Made by a program: the position numbers and the translations under genes. Under the pieces are notes generated by a model, which was not told the DNA's origin, ran no database searches, and was given only the letters and a program-made list of their open reading frames with translations. Of a stretch of DNA of 64,000 bases, positions 1-10,990 are shown piece by piece; positions within the stretch are counted from its first letter, which is position 1; each line of letters starts with the position of its first letter. The stretch is from contig CAWFFU010000003.1 of assembly GCA_963815215.1 (NCBI GenBank), positions 384,001 to 448,000 of the forward strand, given 5' to 3'. Source of the DNA: an uncultured Trueperaceae bacterium (GTDB taxonomy: Bacteria > Deinococcota > Deinococci > Deinococcales > Trueperaceae).

Positions 1-429
1 CTGAGTGATGCGGGCGCCGTCCCCTGCGGGCTCGGCGCGCGCGACACGCTGCGCCTCGAGGCGGGCTACCCGCTCTACGGCCACGAGTTCGACGAGAGCA
101 CCAACCCGCTGTGCAGCGACTTCTCGTGGGTGGTCAAGGACAAGCCCTTCTTCGGACGGGAGGCGATGTGGGACCGTCCCTGTCCGCGGCGTCTGGTCGG
201 GCTGAGGCTCCTGGACCGCGGCATCCCGCGCCAGGGGTACCGCGTGCTGCGCGACGGGGTCGACATCGGCACCATCAGCTCGGGCACGTTGTCACCGCTG
301 ACGCGAGAGAGCATCGCGTTCGCCTGGGTGGACGCGGACGCGGCCCGGGAGGGCACGGCGATCGAAGTCGAGATCCGGGGACAGACGGTGGCGGCCACGG
401 TCGTCAAGCCGCCCTTCTTCGGGCAATGA
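1..429 (+). CDS. gcvT: Glycine cleavage system T protein (aminomethyltransferase), 3' part; start lies before the window
   Basis: Frame 1 from base 1 reads ...[22 protein letters not shown]...GIPRQGY...[10 protein letters not shown]...VVKPPF, the typical GcvT C-terminus; directly upstream of gcvH. Confidence 0.95.
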   Translation: MSDAGAVPCGLGARDTLRLEAGYPLYGHEFDESTNPLCSDFSWVVKDKPFFGREAMWDRPCPRRLVGLRLLDRGIPRQGYRVLRDGVDIGTISSGTLSPLTRESIAFAWVDADAAREGTAIEVEIRGQTVAATVVKPPFFGQ

Positions 430-484
430 TGCTGCGGAATTTCGGTACGCCCGATGCTGGTCGGGCACTGGCAGAGGAGTGAAC

Positions 485-874
485 ATGCAGACCCCAGAGA
501 ACCTCCGGTACACCGCCTCCCATGAATGGGTCTCCGAGCCCGACGACGGCGTGGTCACGGTCGGCATCACCGACTACGCTCAGGATCAGCTGGGCGATGT
601 CGTATACGTCGAGCTGCCCGACGTCGGCGCCGAGCTCGCGTCCGGCGATCCCGTTGCCGTCGTCGAGTCGGTGAAGACCGCGTCGGACATCTACGCTCCA
701 GTGTCGGGCGTGGTGCAGGCCGTGAACGAGGCGCTCCACGACGCTCCCGAAGCGATCAACGACGGCCCCTACGAGGGCGGCTGGCTGTTCAGGCTACGGC
801 TGCACGACGCCGCGGAGCTGGGATCGTTGCTCGACGCTGCCGGGTACCAACGGGCGGTCGAGAAGGAGGGCTGA
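485..874 (+). CDS. gcvH: Glycine cleavage system H protein
   Basis: [28 protein letters not shown], lipoyl-lysine motif [24 protein letters not shown] before ATG 485. Confidence 0.97.
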   Translation: MQTPENLRYTASHEWVSEPDDGVVTVGITDYAQDQLGDVVYVELPDVGAELASGDPVAVVESVKTASDIYAPVSGVVQAVNEALHDAPEAINDGPYEGGWLFRLRLHDAAELGSLLDAAGYQRAVEKEG

Positions 875-876
875 TC

Positions 877-2220
877 TTGCCCTACCTCCCTCACACCGAG
901 GAGGACGTGCGGCGCGCGCTCGATACCATCGGCGTCGACAGCATCGATGCGCTGTTCGACGAGCTTCCCGCCGCACTGCGCAATCCCGACATCGATATCC
1001 CGGCGGCCATGGACGAAACGGCGCTGCTCGCTCACTTGCAGGGTCTGGCCGCGCAGGACCGGGTGCAGGGACCGAACTTCCTCGGCGGCGGTATGCAGCG
1101 GCACTTCATCCCCTCGGTCACGCCGCACCTTGCGCTACAGAGCGAGTTCGTGACGGCGTACACGCCGTACCAGCCGGAGGTCGCCCAGGGCATCCTGCAA
1201 GCGACCTTCGAGTACCAGACCATGATGAGCGAGCTCACCGGGCTCGACGTCTCCAACGCCAGCATGTACGACGGGGCCACCGCAACGGCGGAAGCGGCGC
1301 TGCTGGCGGTCCGGCAGACCCGGCGCGAACGGGTGTTGGTCAGCCGCGGCGTGCACCCCGAAACGCGTGCCGTGCTCGGCACCTACCTCGAGGCGCTGGA
1401 CATCCGCATCGACACGCTCGACCTGGAGATGATGTCGACGCCGGTCCCCTCGGTCGAAGCAGACGTCGCCTGCGTGATCGTGCAGCAACCCAACTTCCTG
1501 GGGTCGCTCGAGGCCATGGAGGCGCTCACGAACGCAGCGCACGCTTCAGGGGCGCTGCTCGTCGCGGTCGTCGACCCGTTCAGCCTCGCGCTGGTGAAGC
1601 CGCCCGGTGCATACGGGGCGGACGTCGCGGTCGGTGACGGACAGACGCTCGGGAACCCGACCGCCTTCGGCGGGCCGAGCTTCGGCTTCATGGTGGTCGA
1701 GAGCGGGTTGTTGCGCCAGCTCCCCGGTCGCCTGGTCGGTCAGACGGTGGATGTCGACGGCCGGCGCGCCTTCGTGCTCACCCTGCAGGCCCGAGAGCAA
1801 CACATCCGCCGCAGCAAGGCCAAGTCCAACATCTGTTCGAACCACCAGCTCACCGCGCTCATGGCGACGGTGAACCTGGCGGCCCTCGGCCCCCAGGGCC
1901 TGCGGGAGGCGGCGGAGGCGTCGGTGCGGCAGGCCCACCGTCTGGCCGATCGTCTGCTGGCCGCGGGCGCCCGCATCGAGCGCAGCGTGCCGTTCTTCAA
2001 CGAGTTCACACTGCGCACGCGTAGGCCCGGCCACGAGGTGCGCTCGGCGCTGGCCGGGCGCGGTGTTCACGCCGGCGTACCCGTGGGGAGCGAGTACGGA
2101 CTCGGGAATGCGGTGGTGCTGGCGGCGACGGAGCTGGTGCGCGAACGCGACGTCGATGCCCTGCTCAGCGCCCTGGAGGACGTGGGGGAGCTGGCTGGAC
2201 ACGGAGTGAGCCATGACTGA
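877..2220 (+). CDS. gcvPA: Glycine dehydrogenase (decarboxylating) subunit 1
   Basis: TTG start gives MPYLPHT; TAYTPYQPEVAQG, NASMYDG, QAREQHIRRSKAKSNICSN motifs. Confidence 0.95.
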   Translation: MPYLPHTEEDVRRALDTIGVDSIDALFDELPAALRNPDIDIPAAMDETALLAHLQGLAAQDRVQGPNFLGGGMQRHFIPSVTPHLALQSEFVTAYTPYQPEVAQGILQATFEYQTMMSELTGLDVSNASMYDGATATAEAALLAVRQTRRERVLVSRGVHPETRAVLGTYLEALDIRIDTLDLEMMSTPVPSVEADVACVIVQQPNFLGSLEAMEALTNAAHASGALLVAVVDPFSLALVKPPGAYGADVAVGDGQTLGNPTAFGGPSFGFMVVESGLLRQLPGRLVGQTVDVDGRRAFVLTLQAREQHIRRSKAKSNICSNHQLTALMATVNLAALGPQGLREAAEASVRQAHRLADRLLAAGARIERSVPFFNEFTLRTRRPGHEVRSALAGRGVHAGVPVGSEYGLGNAVVLAATELVRERDVDALLSALEDVGELAGHGVSHD

Positions 2221-3685
2221 CGCGCCCGTGAAGGACTTCCCGCTCCTGTTCGAACGTTCCAGGCCCGGCCGGCGCGCCGCCCGCCCACCGTTCGTCGACG
2301 GCCCCGCCGTGGCCTCGCTCCTCGGCGAGGATCAACTCCGGGAAGCGCCGCCGCGTCTGCCGGAGGTCTCCGAGCTCGATCTGGTGCGCCACTTCACGCA
2401 GCTCGCGCATCGCCAGTTCAGCATCGACGGGAACGTCTATCCTCTCGGGAGCTGCACCATGAAGTACAACCCCAAGGTGCACGAGGAAGCGGCGCGGTTG
2501 TTCCAGGACCTTCATCCGAACCAGGCGCCGGAGACCGCGCAGGGCACGCTTCGACTGCTATTCGAGCTGCAACGCGATCTGGGGGCATTGACCGGCATGG
2601 ACGCGGTCAGTCTGCAGCCCGCAGCCGGCGCGCACGGCGAGCTCACCGGCATCCTGATGATCCGCGCCTACCACCGCGCGCGCGGCGAGGGGGAGCGCCG
2701 CAGCGTTGTGCTGGTGCCGGACGGAGCCCACGGGACCAACCCAGCCACCGCGGCCATGGCGGGCTACCGCGTGGTCGAGGTCGCCAGCGACGCTCGCGGC
2801 GAGGTCGACCTCGACGCCTTCACGGCGGCGCTGGGCCCCGAGGTGGCTGCGGTCATGTTGACCAATCCGAACACGGTCGGCGTGTTCGAGACGCGCATCC
2901 TCGAGATCGCTCGACGCGCGCACGAGGCGGGCGCCCAGCTCTACTACGACGGCGCCAACCTGAACGCCATCGTGGGCCGCGTCCGTCCCGGCGACATGGG
3001 GTTCGATGTCGTCCACCTGAACCTGCACAAGACCTTCACCACGCCTCACGGCGGTGGCGGCCCCGGCACCGGACCGGTCGGCGTCAAGGCCCATCTGGCC
3101 GAGTTCCTACCGGTGCCGTTGGTGGTCGAGGGGAGCGACGGCTTCCGCTTGTCCGACGACGTGCCCTCCTCCATCGGACGGATGCGTTCGTTCGTCGGCA
3201 ACGTCGGCAATCTCATACGAGCCTACGCTTACATCCGAACGCTCGGCCTGGAGGGCCTGCGGCGGGTGAGCGGTCACGCGGTCCTCAACGCCAACTACCT
3301 ACGTGTGCGGATGCAGCAGGCCGGCTATTCGATCCCCTACGACCGACACAACATGCACGAGTTCGTGGCGCAGCCGCCGGAGGGGGTGCACACGCTCGAC
3401 GTGGCGAAGGCCTTGCTCGACTACGGCATGCACCCGATGACCGTCTACTTCCCGCTCATCGTCAAGGAAGCCATGATGGTCGAGCCCACCGAGACGGAAT
3501 CGCTGGAGACGCTCGACGCTTACGCCGACGCGCTGGGCGAGATCCTGCGGCGCGCCGCGGAGGATGACGGGTACCTGGCAGGCGCTCCCTACCACACCCC
3601 CGTCCGCCGGCTCGACGAGGTCCGGGCGGCGCGCCAGCCCGTGCTCCGGCACGCCTTCGAAGAAGGGCCGGGATCCGCGGAGTAG
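2213..3685 (+). CDS. gcvPB: Glycine dehydrogenase (decarboxylating) subunit 2
   Basis: PLGSCTMKYNP, QPAAGAHGE, PLP-lysine motif HLNLHKTFTTPHGGGGPG, EPTETES. Confidence 0.97.
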   Translation: MTDAPVKDFPLLFERSRPGRRAARPPFVDGPAVASLLGEDQLREAPPRLPEVSELDLVRHFTQLAHRQFSIDGNVYPLGSCTMKYNPKVHEEAARLFQDLHPNQAPETAQGTLRLLFELQRDLGALTGMDAVSLQPAAGAHGELTGILMIRAYHRARGEGERRSVVLVPDGAHGTNPATAAMAGYRVVEVASDARGEVDLDAFTAALGPEVAAVMLTNPNTVGVFETRILEIARRAHEAGAQLYYDGANLNAIVGRVRPGDMGFDVVHLNLHKTFTTPHGGGGPGTGPVGVKAHLAEFLPVPLVVEGSDGFRLSDDVPSSIGRMRSFVGNVGNLIRAYAYIRTLGLEGLRRVSGHAVLNANYLRVRMQQAGYSIPYDRHNMHEFVAQPPEGVHTLDVAKALLDYGMHPMTVYFPLIVKEAMMVEPTETESLETLDAYADALGEILRRAAEDDGYLAGAPYHTPVRRLDEVRAARQPVLRHAFEEGPGSAE

Positions 3686-3714
3686 CGGCACCTCCGGTCG
3701 ACACCGGGACGACG

Positions 3715-3746
3715 AACGGGGCGGCACCGATCGGTGCCGCCCCGTT
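3715..3746. terminator. Perfect 32-bp palindrome between convergent gcvPB and iscA; likely bidirectional terminator
   Basis: AACGGGGCGGCACCGA|TCGGTGCCGCCCCGTT, located between two convergent stop codons. Confidence 0.7.
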
Positions 3747-3772
3747 GAGGGTGCTGGGTTCGTGGGACGCCT

Positions 3773-4186
3773 TCAGCTGCCGCAGCCGGGCGCGCCTTCG
3801 GAATCCGGGGCGGAGCCGCTGTCGGTCCTGAAGCTGTGCCCGCAGCCGCACGAGCTGGTCGCGTTGGGGTTGTTGACTTGGAAGCCCCCACCCATCAAGT
3901 TCTCGACGAAGTCGACCTGCGAACCTACCAGCAGGGGCCAGCTGCGGGGGTCGATCACCAGGCGTACGCCCTCGGATTGGAAGACGCGATCACCCTCGAC
4001 GCGGCGATCATCGACCGCCATGCCGTACTGGTAGCCGCTGCATCCGCCGGACTTCACGAACACGCGGAGGGCCGCTTCGGGACGGTCGCTCTGCTCGAGC
4101 AACGCAGCCGCCTTCACGGCTGCGGCGGGGCTGACGGTCATGCCCGGCTCGCCGGTAGTGGGCTCCGGTTGTGCCACTGCCTCCAT
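3773..4186 (-). CDS. A-type Fe-S cluster carrier (HesB/IscA/ErpA family)
   Basis: LRVFVKSGGCSGYQYGM and NPNATSSCGCGHSF motifs; GGGAG SD. Confidence 0.93.
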   Translation of the reverse strand: MEAVAQPEPTTGEPGMTVSPAAAVKAAALLEQSDRPEAALRVFVKSGGCSGYQYGMAVDDRRVEGDRVFQSEGVRLVIDPRSWPLLVGSQVDFVENLMGGGFQVNNPNATSSCGCGHSFRTDSGSAPDSEGAPGCGS

Positions 4187-4304
4187 GGTGTGCTCCCATC
4201 GCGGGCTGCCGGCCCGTTGCGGTCGTTATAGCACGCCGCCGGGACCCGTCCCCTGCTTCCAGGCGACCGGCAGCTGACGGGGGCCGCGGCGAGGGTGGCG
4301 CCGG

Positions 4305-4333
4305 TTGGCAGCGCGGGCGCTGGCTGGTATACT
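4305..4333 (+). promoter_or_regulatory. Sigma70-type promoter of tRNA-Trp
   Basis: TTGGCA (4305-4310), 17-nt spacer, TG-n-TATACT (4328-4333). Confidence 0.65.
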
Positions 4334-4360
4334 CCGTACTCGCTCTTGGCATCGGCTCAT

Positions 4361-4436
4361 GGGCGTATAGCTCAGTTGGCAGAGCGGCGGTCTCCAAAAC
4401 CGTAGGTCGGGGGTTCAAGTCCTCCTGCGCCCGCCA
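4361..4436 (+). tRNA. tRNA-Trp (anticodon CCA)
   Basis: Acceptor stem GGGCGTA/TGCGCCC, D-arm AGCTCAGTTGGCAGAGC, anticodon arm GCGGT-CTCCAAA-ACCGT, T-loop GGTTCAAGTCC, encoded 3' CCA; 76 nt. Confidence 0.97.
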
Positions 4437-4444
4437 TGGTCGCA

Positions 4445-4474
4445 CCGTGCGTCCCGCTTCGGCGGGGCGCACGG
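4445..4474 (+). terminator. Stem-loop with cUUCGg tetraloop downstream of tRNA-Trp
   Basis: CCGTGCGTCCCGC-TTCG-GCGGGGCGCACGG (13-bp stem with one G.U pair); no U-tract. Confidence 0.55.
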
Positions 4475-4550
4475 CTGCACGAGGCGCCGGTTCGATGTGC
4501 GTGACGCCGGCACGACAGTGCCGGAATGTCTGAACTGAGACAATTGCGAT

Positions 4551-4988
4551 GTGCAAATACTTCAGACCGGACCTACGCGACGCTTCCTCTACGCCTTCTG
4601 GGCCGTGAGGCAGCGCATGTTCCGGCATACGGGCCCCGTGCTGAAGGACCGGCATGGGCTCGAGATGGGTGATTTCTTCCTGCTGGACCGGATCGCGTCC
4701 AGCGACCTCTCCCCCACCGAGATCGCCGCCGCCCTCGAGATGCCGCCCGGCGCTATCTCCAGACGCCTGGACGTGCTCGAGAAGCAGCGCCTGATCCGGC
4801 GCCGCCTCGACCCGCACGACGCGCGCCGCCGCGTGCTCAGCTTGACGAAGTCCGGCATCGAGCGCCTCGAGCAGGCCGGCGCGACCATGGCGGCGGAGAC
4901 CGAAGCCTTCCTCGGCATCCTCGACGCCGGAACCCTCGATACCTTCCTCGAAACCCTAGAGACCCTCGCAAAGGATCGCAGCGCATGA
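4551..4988 (+). CDS. MarR family transcriptional regulator
   Basis: wHTH LSPTEIAAALEMPPGAISRRLDVLEKQRLIRR and DARRRVLSLT-x-G motif; stop overlaps the MFS start. Confidence 0.9.
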   Translation: MQILQTGPTRRFLYAFWAVRQRMFRHTGPVLKDRHGLEMGDFFLLDRIASSDLSPTEIAAALEMPPGAISRRLDVLEKQRLIRRRLDPHDARRRVLSLTKSGIERLEQAGATMAAETEAFLGILDAGTLDTFLETLETLAKDRSA

Positions 4989-6793
4989 CCGTGACTTCCG
5001 CCCGTGACCGCACCCTCATCCTGGTCGGCATCCTGCTGGCCCTGTTCCTGGGCGCCCTCGACCAGACCATCGTCGCGACCGCGCTGCCCCGCATCGTCGA
5101 GGACCTCAACGGCATCAAGCGCTACGCCTGGGTGGCGACCGCCTACCTGCTGGCCTCGACCGCGCTGGTGCCCATCTACGGCAAACTGGCCGACACCGTG
5201 TCCCGAAAGTCGATCGAGATCTTCTCGGTGTCGACCTTCCTACTCGGGTCGTTCCTGTCCGGCCTCGCCGGTGAGTTCGGGACCTTGCCTCTGCTGGGCG
5301 ACGGCATGAGCCAGCTCATCATCATGCGCGGCCTGCAGGGGATCGGCGGTGCCGGTCTGTTCTCGATGGCGTTCATCATCATCGCCGACCTCTTCCCTCC
5401 CAACGTCCGTGGGCGCTACCAGGGCCTGGTCGGCGCGACGTTCGGCATCGCCAGCGTGATCGGGCCCTGGTTGGGTGGCCTGCTCACCGACTACGCGGGC
5501 GGCATCATCCCAGGCGTCGAGGGCTGGCGTTGGGTGTTCTACGTCAACGTGCCGACGGGAGCCGTGGCGCTGTGGTTCTTGCTGAGCCGCATGCCGCCGC
5601 TCAAGCCGACGGCCGAGCACAAGCCGATGGACCTCCCGGGCGCCGCCCTGTTGGTGCTGGGTCTGGTTCCGATCGTGCTGGCGTTGCAGCTCGACAAGAC
5701 CAGCTATCCCTGGGGTGGCGCGGTCACGCTGGGACTCCTGATCGGTGGCACGGCCATGCTGGTGGGGTTCGTGTGGCGCTCGCTGCTCTCGACCAACCCT
5801 ATCCTGGACCTGTCGTTGTTCCGCAACCGCGTGTTCTCCACTTCCAATCTGGCGCTGTTCTTCCTCGGCGCCGCCTTCCTCTCGCTCATCATCTTCCTGC
5901 CGCTGTTCATGGTGAACGTGGTGGGCGTATCGGCCACCCGCGCAGGGATCAGCCTCATCCCGTTGTCGCTGGGACTGGTGTTCGGGGCGGTCGTCAGTGG
6001 ACAGCTGGTGTCGGCCTTCGGCCGCTACCGACTGCTGATGCTCATCGGTGCCGCCATCCTGTTCGTGGGCATCTACTTGCTCTCGCGCATGGGCCCCGAC
6101 GTGCCCTACTGGCGCGTCACCGTCTACATGGTGATCGCCGGCCTGGGTGTGGGTCCGTCGATGCCGCTTTACACGCTGGCGATCCAGAACGCCGTCGACG
6201 TGCGGCGCGTCGGGCAGGCGACAAGCGCGTCGCAGTTCTTCCGCCAGATCGGCGGGACCGTCGGCGCGGCGGTGATGGGGACGGTGTTGGCGACCAGCCT
6301 CACGGCCTCCTTCAGCGCCATGCAGGCCCCGGCGGGGATGGACGCATCCTCCTTCGGCGCCGGTAGCCAGGTGAGTGCCGAAGGTCTCGATCAGGTCCAA
6401 GCGGGCGTCGCCTCGGCCTTCGATCGGCAGTACCAGTCCATCGCCGCTGCGGTGCGCTCCGGCGACGCAGCGAAGGTCCAGCAGGTCGTGGCCGCGAGCC
6501 CCATGCCGGCGGCGGCCAAGGCGATGGTGACGTTGGGAGCCAAGCAGGCGATGCGCAGTCAGCAGGCCGAGACAGCCTTCCTGACACAACTCCACGACCA
6601 GTTCCAGCAACAGGCGAAGGCGGTGGCAGCCGACATCACCGCCAGCATCAGGAAGGCGTTCGCCACGGCGGTGACGCGCGTCTACCGCAGCCTGGTGGTG
6701 GTCGTGGTGCTCGGATTCCTGGTGACGCTCTTCATCCCGGTGCTGACGCTTCGCAGCAGCAACGACCATGCGGCGGTGCCCACGCTCGACTGA
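4985..6793 (+). CDS. MFS drug:H+ antiporter, DHA2 (EmrB/QacA-like, about 14 TM)
   Basis: [45 protein letters not shown]; long Ala/Gln-rich loop before the last TM. Confidence 0.92.
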   Translation: MTVTSARDRTLILVGILLALFLGALDQTIVATALPRIVEDLNGIKRYAWVATAYLLASTALVPIYGKLADTVSRKSIEIFSVSTFLLGSFLSGLAGEFGTLPLLGDGMSQLIIMRGLQGIGGAGLFSMAFIIIADLFPPNVRGRYQGLVGATFGIASVIGPWLGGLLTDYAGGIIPGVEGWRWVFYVNVPTGAVALWFLLSRMPPLKPTAEHKPMDLPGAALLVLGLVPIVLALQLDKTSYPWGGAVTLGLLIGGTAMLVGFVWRSLLSTNPILDLSLFRNRVFSTSNLALFFLGAAFLSLIIFLPLFMVNVVGVSATRAGISLIPLSLGLVFGAVVSGQLVSAFGRYRLLMLIGAAILFVGIYLLSRMGPDVPYWRVTVYMVIAGLGVGPSMPLYTLAIQNAVDVRRVGQATSASQFFRQIGGTVGAAVMGTVLATSLTASFSAMQAPAGMDASSFGAGSQVSAEGLDQVQAGVASAFDRQYQSIAAAVRSGDAAKVQQVVAASPMPAAAKAMVTLGAKQAMRSQQAETAFLTQLHDQFQQQAKAVAADITASIRKAFATAVTRVYRSLVVVVVLGFLVTLFIPVLTLRSSNDHAAVPTLD

Positions 6794-6878
6794 GCCAAGG
6801 CGCGAACTCCGTGCAGGACAGCGTTGGAGCATGGGCCAAGCGTCGTTGATCGGCGCAGGTGCGTGCTACAGTGGTCTC

Positions 6879-8249
6879 GTGAGGACAGCCTCCCGGCCGG
6901 TCCGGCTCGCGGTCGCCCTGGCAACACTCTTCGCGCTGATGGTGGGCGGGGGCGTGGCCCGGGCGCAGGGCGGCGGCAACAGTGTCTGGCTCGTGCCCAT
7001 AGAGGGCGAAATCACCCCGGCCACGGCGCAGTTCGTCAAGGCCAGGATCGCACGGGCCAACCGCGAGCAGCCGCTCGCGCTGCTCTTCTACCTCGATACG
7101 CCTGGCGGCCGGATCACGGCCATGCAGTCGATCGTCGACGCGGTTCTCAACGATGCCCAGGTTCCCACCCTGGCTGTGGCGCAGAACGCGTTCAGTGCCG
7201 GCGCCTTGATCGCCATGAGCGCCGAGAAGCTCGCGATGCTGCCCGGCTCGTCGATCGGCGCTGCCCTACCCATCATCTCTACGCCGACCGGCGCCAAGCC
7301 CGTGGCCGAGAAGTACAACTCCGCCATGCGGGGCTCGTTCCGCAGCGTTGCCGAGGCCAGGGGGCGCAACGCCCTGGTCGCCGAGGGGATGGTCGACCCA
7401 TCGGTCTCCATCCCGGGCATCGCCACCGACAAGGAGCTCGTCACGCTCACGGCCCAGGAGGCGGTGGCCAACAACATCGCCAACATCCAGGCGAGCAGCG
7501 TGCGTGACGCCCTGCAACAGTGGGGCTACGGTGGCGCGGCCATCACGCGCATGGGGCCGAACCTGAGCGAGCGCCTGGCGGGCGTCCTGACCACGCCCAT
7601 CGCCGCTGCCGCACTGTTGGTGGTCGGTATCGGCGGCCTGCTCATCGAGATCTTCACGCCCGGCTTCGGGGTCTTCGGAGGGTTGGGCCTGGTGGCGCTG
7701 GTGCTGCTGGCCACCGGCGCCTTCGTCGCCACCCCGGCCGGCCCACTGGACATCATCCTGATCGTCGCCGGCGTCTTGCTGCTCGCCGCCGAGGTGCTGG
7801 TGATCCCCGGCTTCGGGGTGGCAGGCGTGCTCGGGATCGCCGCAATAGTGTTCGCTATCGTGCGGATCTTCCAGGGCTCCGCCGCGACCGTGCTGGGCTA
7901 CAGCGCGCTGTTCGGCGGCGTGCTGGTGGCGGCCCTGTTATGGGTCCTGCCGCACAGCAGGATCGCCGCCGCGTTCCGGCTCACGGCCCGCATCACCAAC
8001 CCTCCCTCGCCGTCGACCGTGGGTCCCCTCGGCAGCGCCGACCGCGCCTACCTGGCCGGACGTCAGGGTGTCGCGGTGTCCGACCTGCGGCCGGCGGGGG
8101 TGGCGCGCTTCGGCACGGAGCGCGTCGACGTGGTGAGCGAGGGCGATTACATCCCTGTCGGGAGCAGACTGACCGTGTTGCACGTCGAGGGCATGCGTGT
8201 CACGGTCCGCACCGTCGAACCCGAAACGGGCGACGTGCAGGAAGCATGA
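6879..8249 (+). CDS. nfeD: NfeD (long form) membrane-bound ClpP-class serine protease, YqeZ-like
   Basis: Signal peptide, [30 protein letters not shown] block with IPGFGVAG, C-terminal OB domain DLRPAG...VDVVSEG; start chosen at GTG 6879. Confidence 0.88.
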   Translation: MRTASRPVRLAVALATLFALMVGGGVARAQGGGNSVWLVPIEGEITPATAQFVKARIARANREQPLALLFYLDTPGGRITAMQSIVDAVLNDAQVPTLAVAQNAFSAGALIAMSAEKLAMLPGSSIGAALPIISTPTGAKPVAEKYNSAMRGSFRSVAEARGRNALVAEGMVDPSVSIPGIATDKELVTLTAQEAVANNIANIQASSVRDALQQWGYGGAAITRMGPNLSERLAGVLTTPIAAAALLVVGIGGLLIEIFTPGFGVFGGLGLVALVLLATGAFVATPAGPLDIILIVAGVLLLAAEVLVIPGFGVAGVLGIAAIVFAIVRIFQGSAATVLGYSALFGGVLVAALLWVLPHSRIAAAFRLTARITNPPSPSTVGPLGSADRAYLAGRQGVAVSDLRPAGVARFGTERVDVVSEGDYIPVGSRLTVLHVEGMRVTVRTVEPETGDVQEA

Positions 8250-8301
8250 CCCGGGACGGCGACGTGGCCGATCCCGTTCGTTCCCCCACCTTGGAGGTGT
8301 C

Positions 8302-9282
8302 ATGAGCTACACCCTGCTGATCATCGCGGGCGCCATCGTCCTCTTCTTCCTGGTCCTGTTCTCGGTCGTTCCGATCGGGCTGTGGATATCGGCGATCGCG
8401 GCCGGTGTCCAGGTCGGACTCCCGAGCCTGGTGGCCATGAAGCTGCGAAGGGTGCCACCCAACCGGATCATCCTGCCGCTCATCAAGGCGGACAAGGCGG
8501 GCATCGAGGTGGAGCAGAACCAACTCGAGGCGCACTTCCTGGCGGGCGGCAACGTGGACCGGGTCGTCGACGCCCTCATCGCCGCCGACAAAGCCCGCAT
8601 CCATCTGCCGTTCGACCGGGCGGCTGCCATCGACCTGGCCGGCCGTGACGTGTTGGACGCCGTCAAAGTGTCGGTCAATCCACGCGTGATCCAGACCCCC
8701 AACGTCAGCGCCGTCGCCAAGGACGGCATCGAGCTCATCGCCACGGCGCGCATCACGGTTCGGGCGAACCTCGAGCGCCTGGTCGGCGGCGCTGGCGAGG
8801 AGACCATCATCGCTCGCGTCGGCGAGGGCATCGTCTCCTCCATCGGCTCGACCAAGAGCTTCAAGGACACCCTGGAGAACCCCGACACTATCTCGAAAGC
8901 GGTGCTGGCCAAGGGCCTCGACTCCGGGACTGCGTTCGAGATCCTATCGATCGACATCGCCGACGTGAACGTAGGGCGCAACATCGGCGCCCAGCTCCAG
9001 ACCGACCAGGCGGAGGCCGACAAGCGGGTCGCGCAGGCCAAGGCCGAGGAGCGGCGCGCCATGGCCGTGGCGGCCGAGCAAGAGAACCGCGCGCAGGTGT
9101 CCGCCATGCGTGCCAAAGTCGTCGAGGCCGAGGCCGAGGTGCCCCGGGCCATCGCCGAAGCCTTCCAGAAGGGCAACCTGGGCGTGATGGACTACTACAA
9201 CCTCCAGAACATCCAGTCCGACACGAGCATGCGTGGGAACATCGGGCGCGCTGCCGGCATGGAGGGCGACGAGGAGCCGTGA
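8302..9282 (+). CDS. floA: Flotillin-like protein FloA (YqfA family)
   Basis: [75 protein letters not shown] before ATG 8302. Confidence 0.95.
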   Translation: MSYTLLIIAGAIVLFFLVLFSVVPIGLWISAIAAGVQVGLPSLVAMKLRRVPPNRIILPLIKADKAGIEVEQNQLEAHFLAGGNVDRVVDALIAADKARIHLPFDRAAAIDLAGRDVLDAVKVSVNPRVIQTPNVSAVAKDGIELIATARITVRANLERLVGGAGEETIIARVGEGIVSSIGSTKSFKDTLENPDTISKAVLAKGLDSGTAFEILSIDIADVNVGRNIGAQLQTDQAEADKRVAQAKAEERRAMAVAAEQENRAQVSAMRAKVVEAEAEVPRAIAEAFQKGNLGVMDYYNLQNIQSDTSMRGNIGRAAGMEGDEEP

Positions 9283-10051
9283 GCTTCGACACCCTACTGA
9301 CCTTGGTGTTCGTGGTGGTGTTCATCGTGCTGCCGCTGGTGTCGCGGGTGCTGCGCGAGCGCAACCGACCACCGACGGCGCAACGCGGAGGCACGCCCCC
9401 TCGTGCGCCGGAGGGCACCGTGCTCGACGGGACGCCGCCTGCCGCGGACGGCGAGCTTCCGGCGTGGCTTGCCGAGGCGCAGCGCCGGGTGCGCGAGGCG
9501 CGCGAACGCGCGACGGCCGAGGCCTCCACGCAGAGCGGACGCTCCCGGTCGCTGGTGCCGGACGATCCCTTCGAGACGGTGGCGCCCGCCGACCGGCCGC
9601 ACCCCCTGGTGCCTGAAGACGCCAACCGCGGCAAGCCGCAAGTGCGTCCCGTGGGGCGCTCGCTGGTACCGCAGGACCCGTTCGAGGACGATCTCGCCGG
9701 GGCCGGCGGCGCGCAACGCGGCGCCGCCGGGCTGGGACGCGAGGGCGTTCCGCCGATGATGCCGTCCGCTGGGACGCGCCCCGAGTCGGCCGTGGCGGCG
9801 GAGCGGCGCGCCAGAGCCGAAGCGAGCGATCGGCCGCCCTCCAAGCAGGAGCGTCAGCGGCGGCCCGGACCGCGCGTCGAGCCGACGTCGGCCGGGGCGC
9901 CCGCCTACCGGCGACGACGCGGCTGGCACGACGGCGCTAGACTGGGGGGTGTGGGGCAGCTTCGCTTCGATCGCGAGGCCATCGTGAGCGGCCTGATCTG
10001 GCACGAGATCCTGGACGAGCCGGCGTGGAAGCGCCGTCGCGGGAGGGTACC

Positions 10052-10073
<22 letters not shown>
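9279..10073 (+). CDS. Hypothetical membrane-anchored protein, YqfB-like
   Basis: N-terminal TM, disordered middle, C-terminal [11 protein letters not shown] motif resembling proteins encoded after floA; GTGA overlap with the floA stop. Confidence 0.65.

Positions 10074-10973
<900 letters not shown>

Positions 10974-10990
<17 letters not shown>

Noticed and set aside
526..876. Long upstream extension, or ATC start at 874, for gcvPA
   Set aside because: The extension overlaps gcvH in another frame; TTG 877 has better SD spacing and gives the family-typical MPYLPHT start
4361..6793. tRNA-Trp as an integration site for a marR-MFS islet
   Set aside because: No integrase, no duplicated tRNA 3' end seen, and composition and codon style match the flanks
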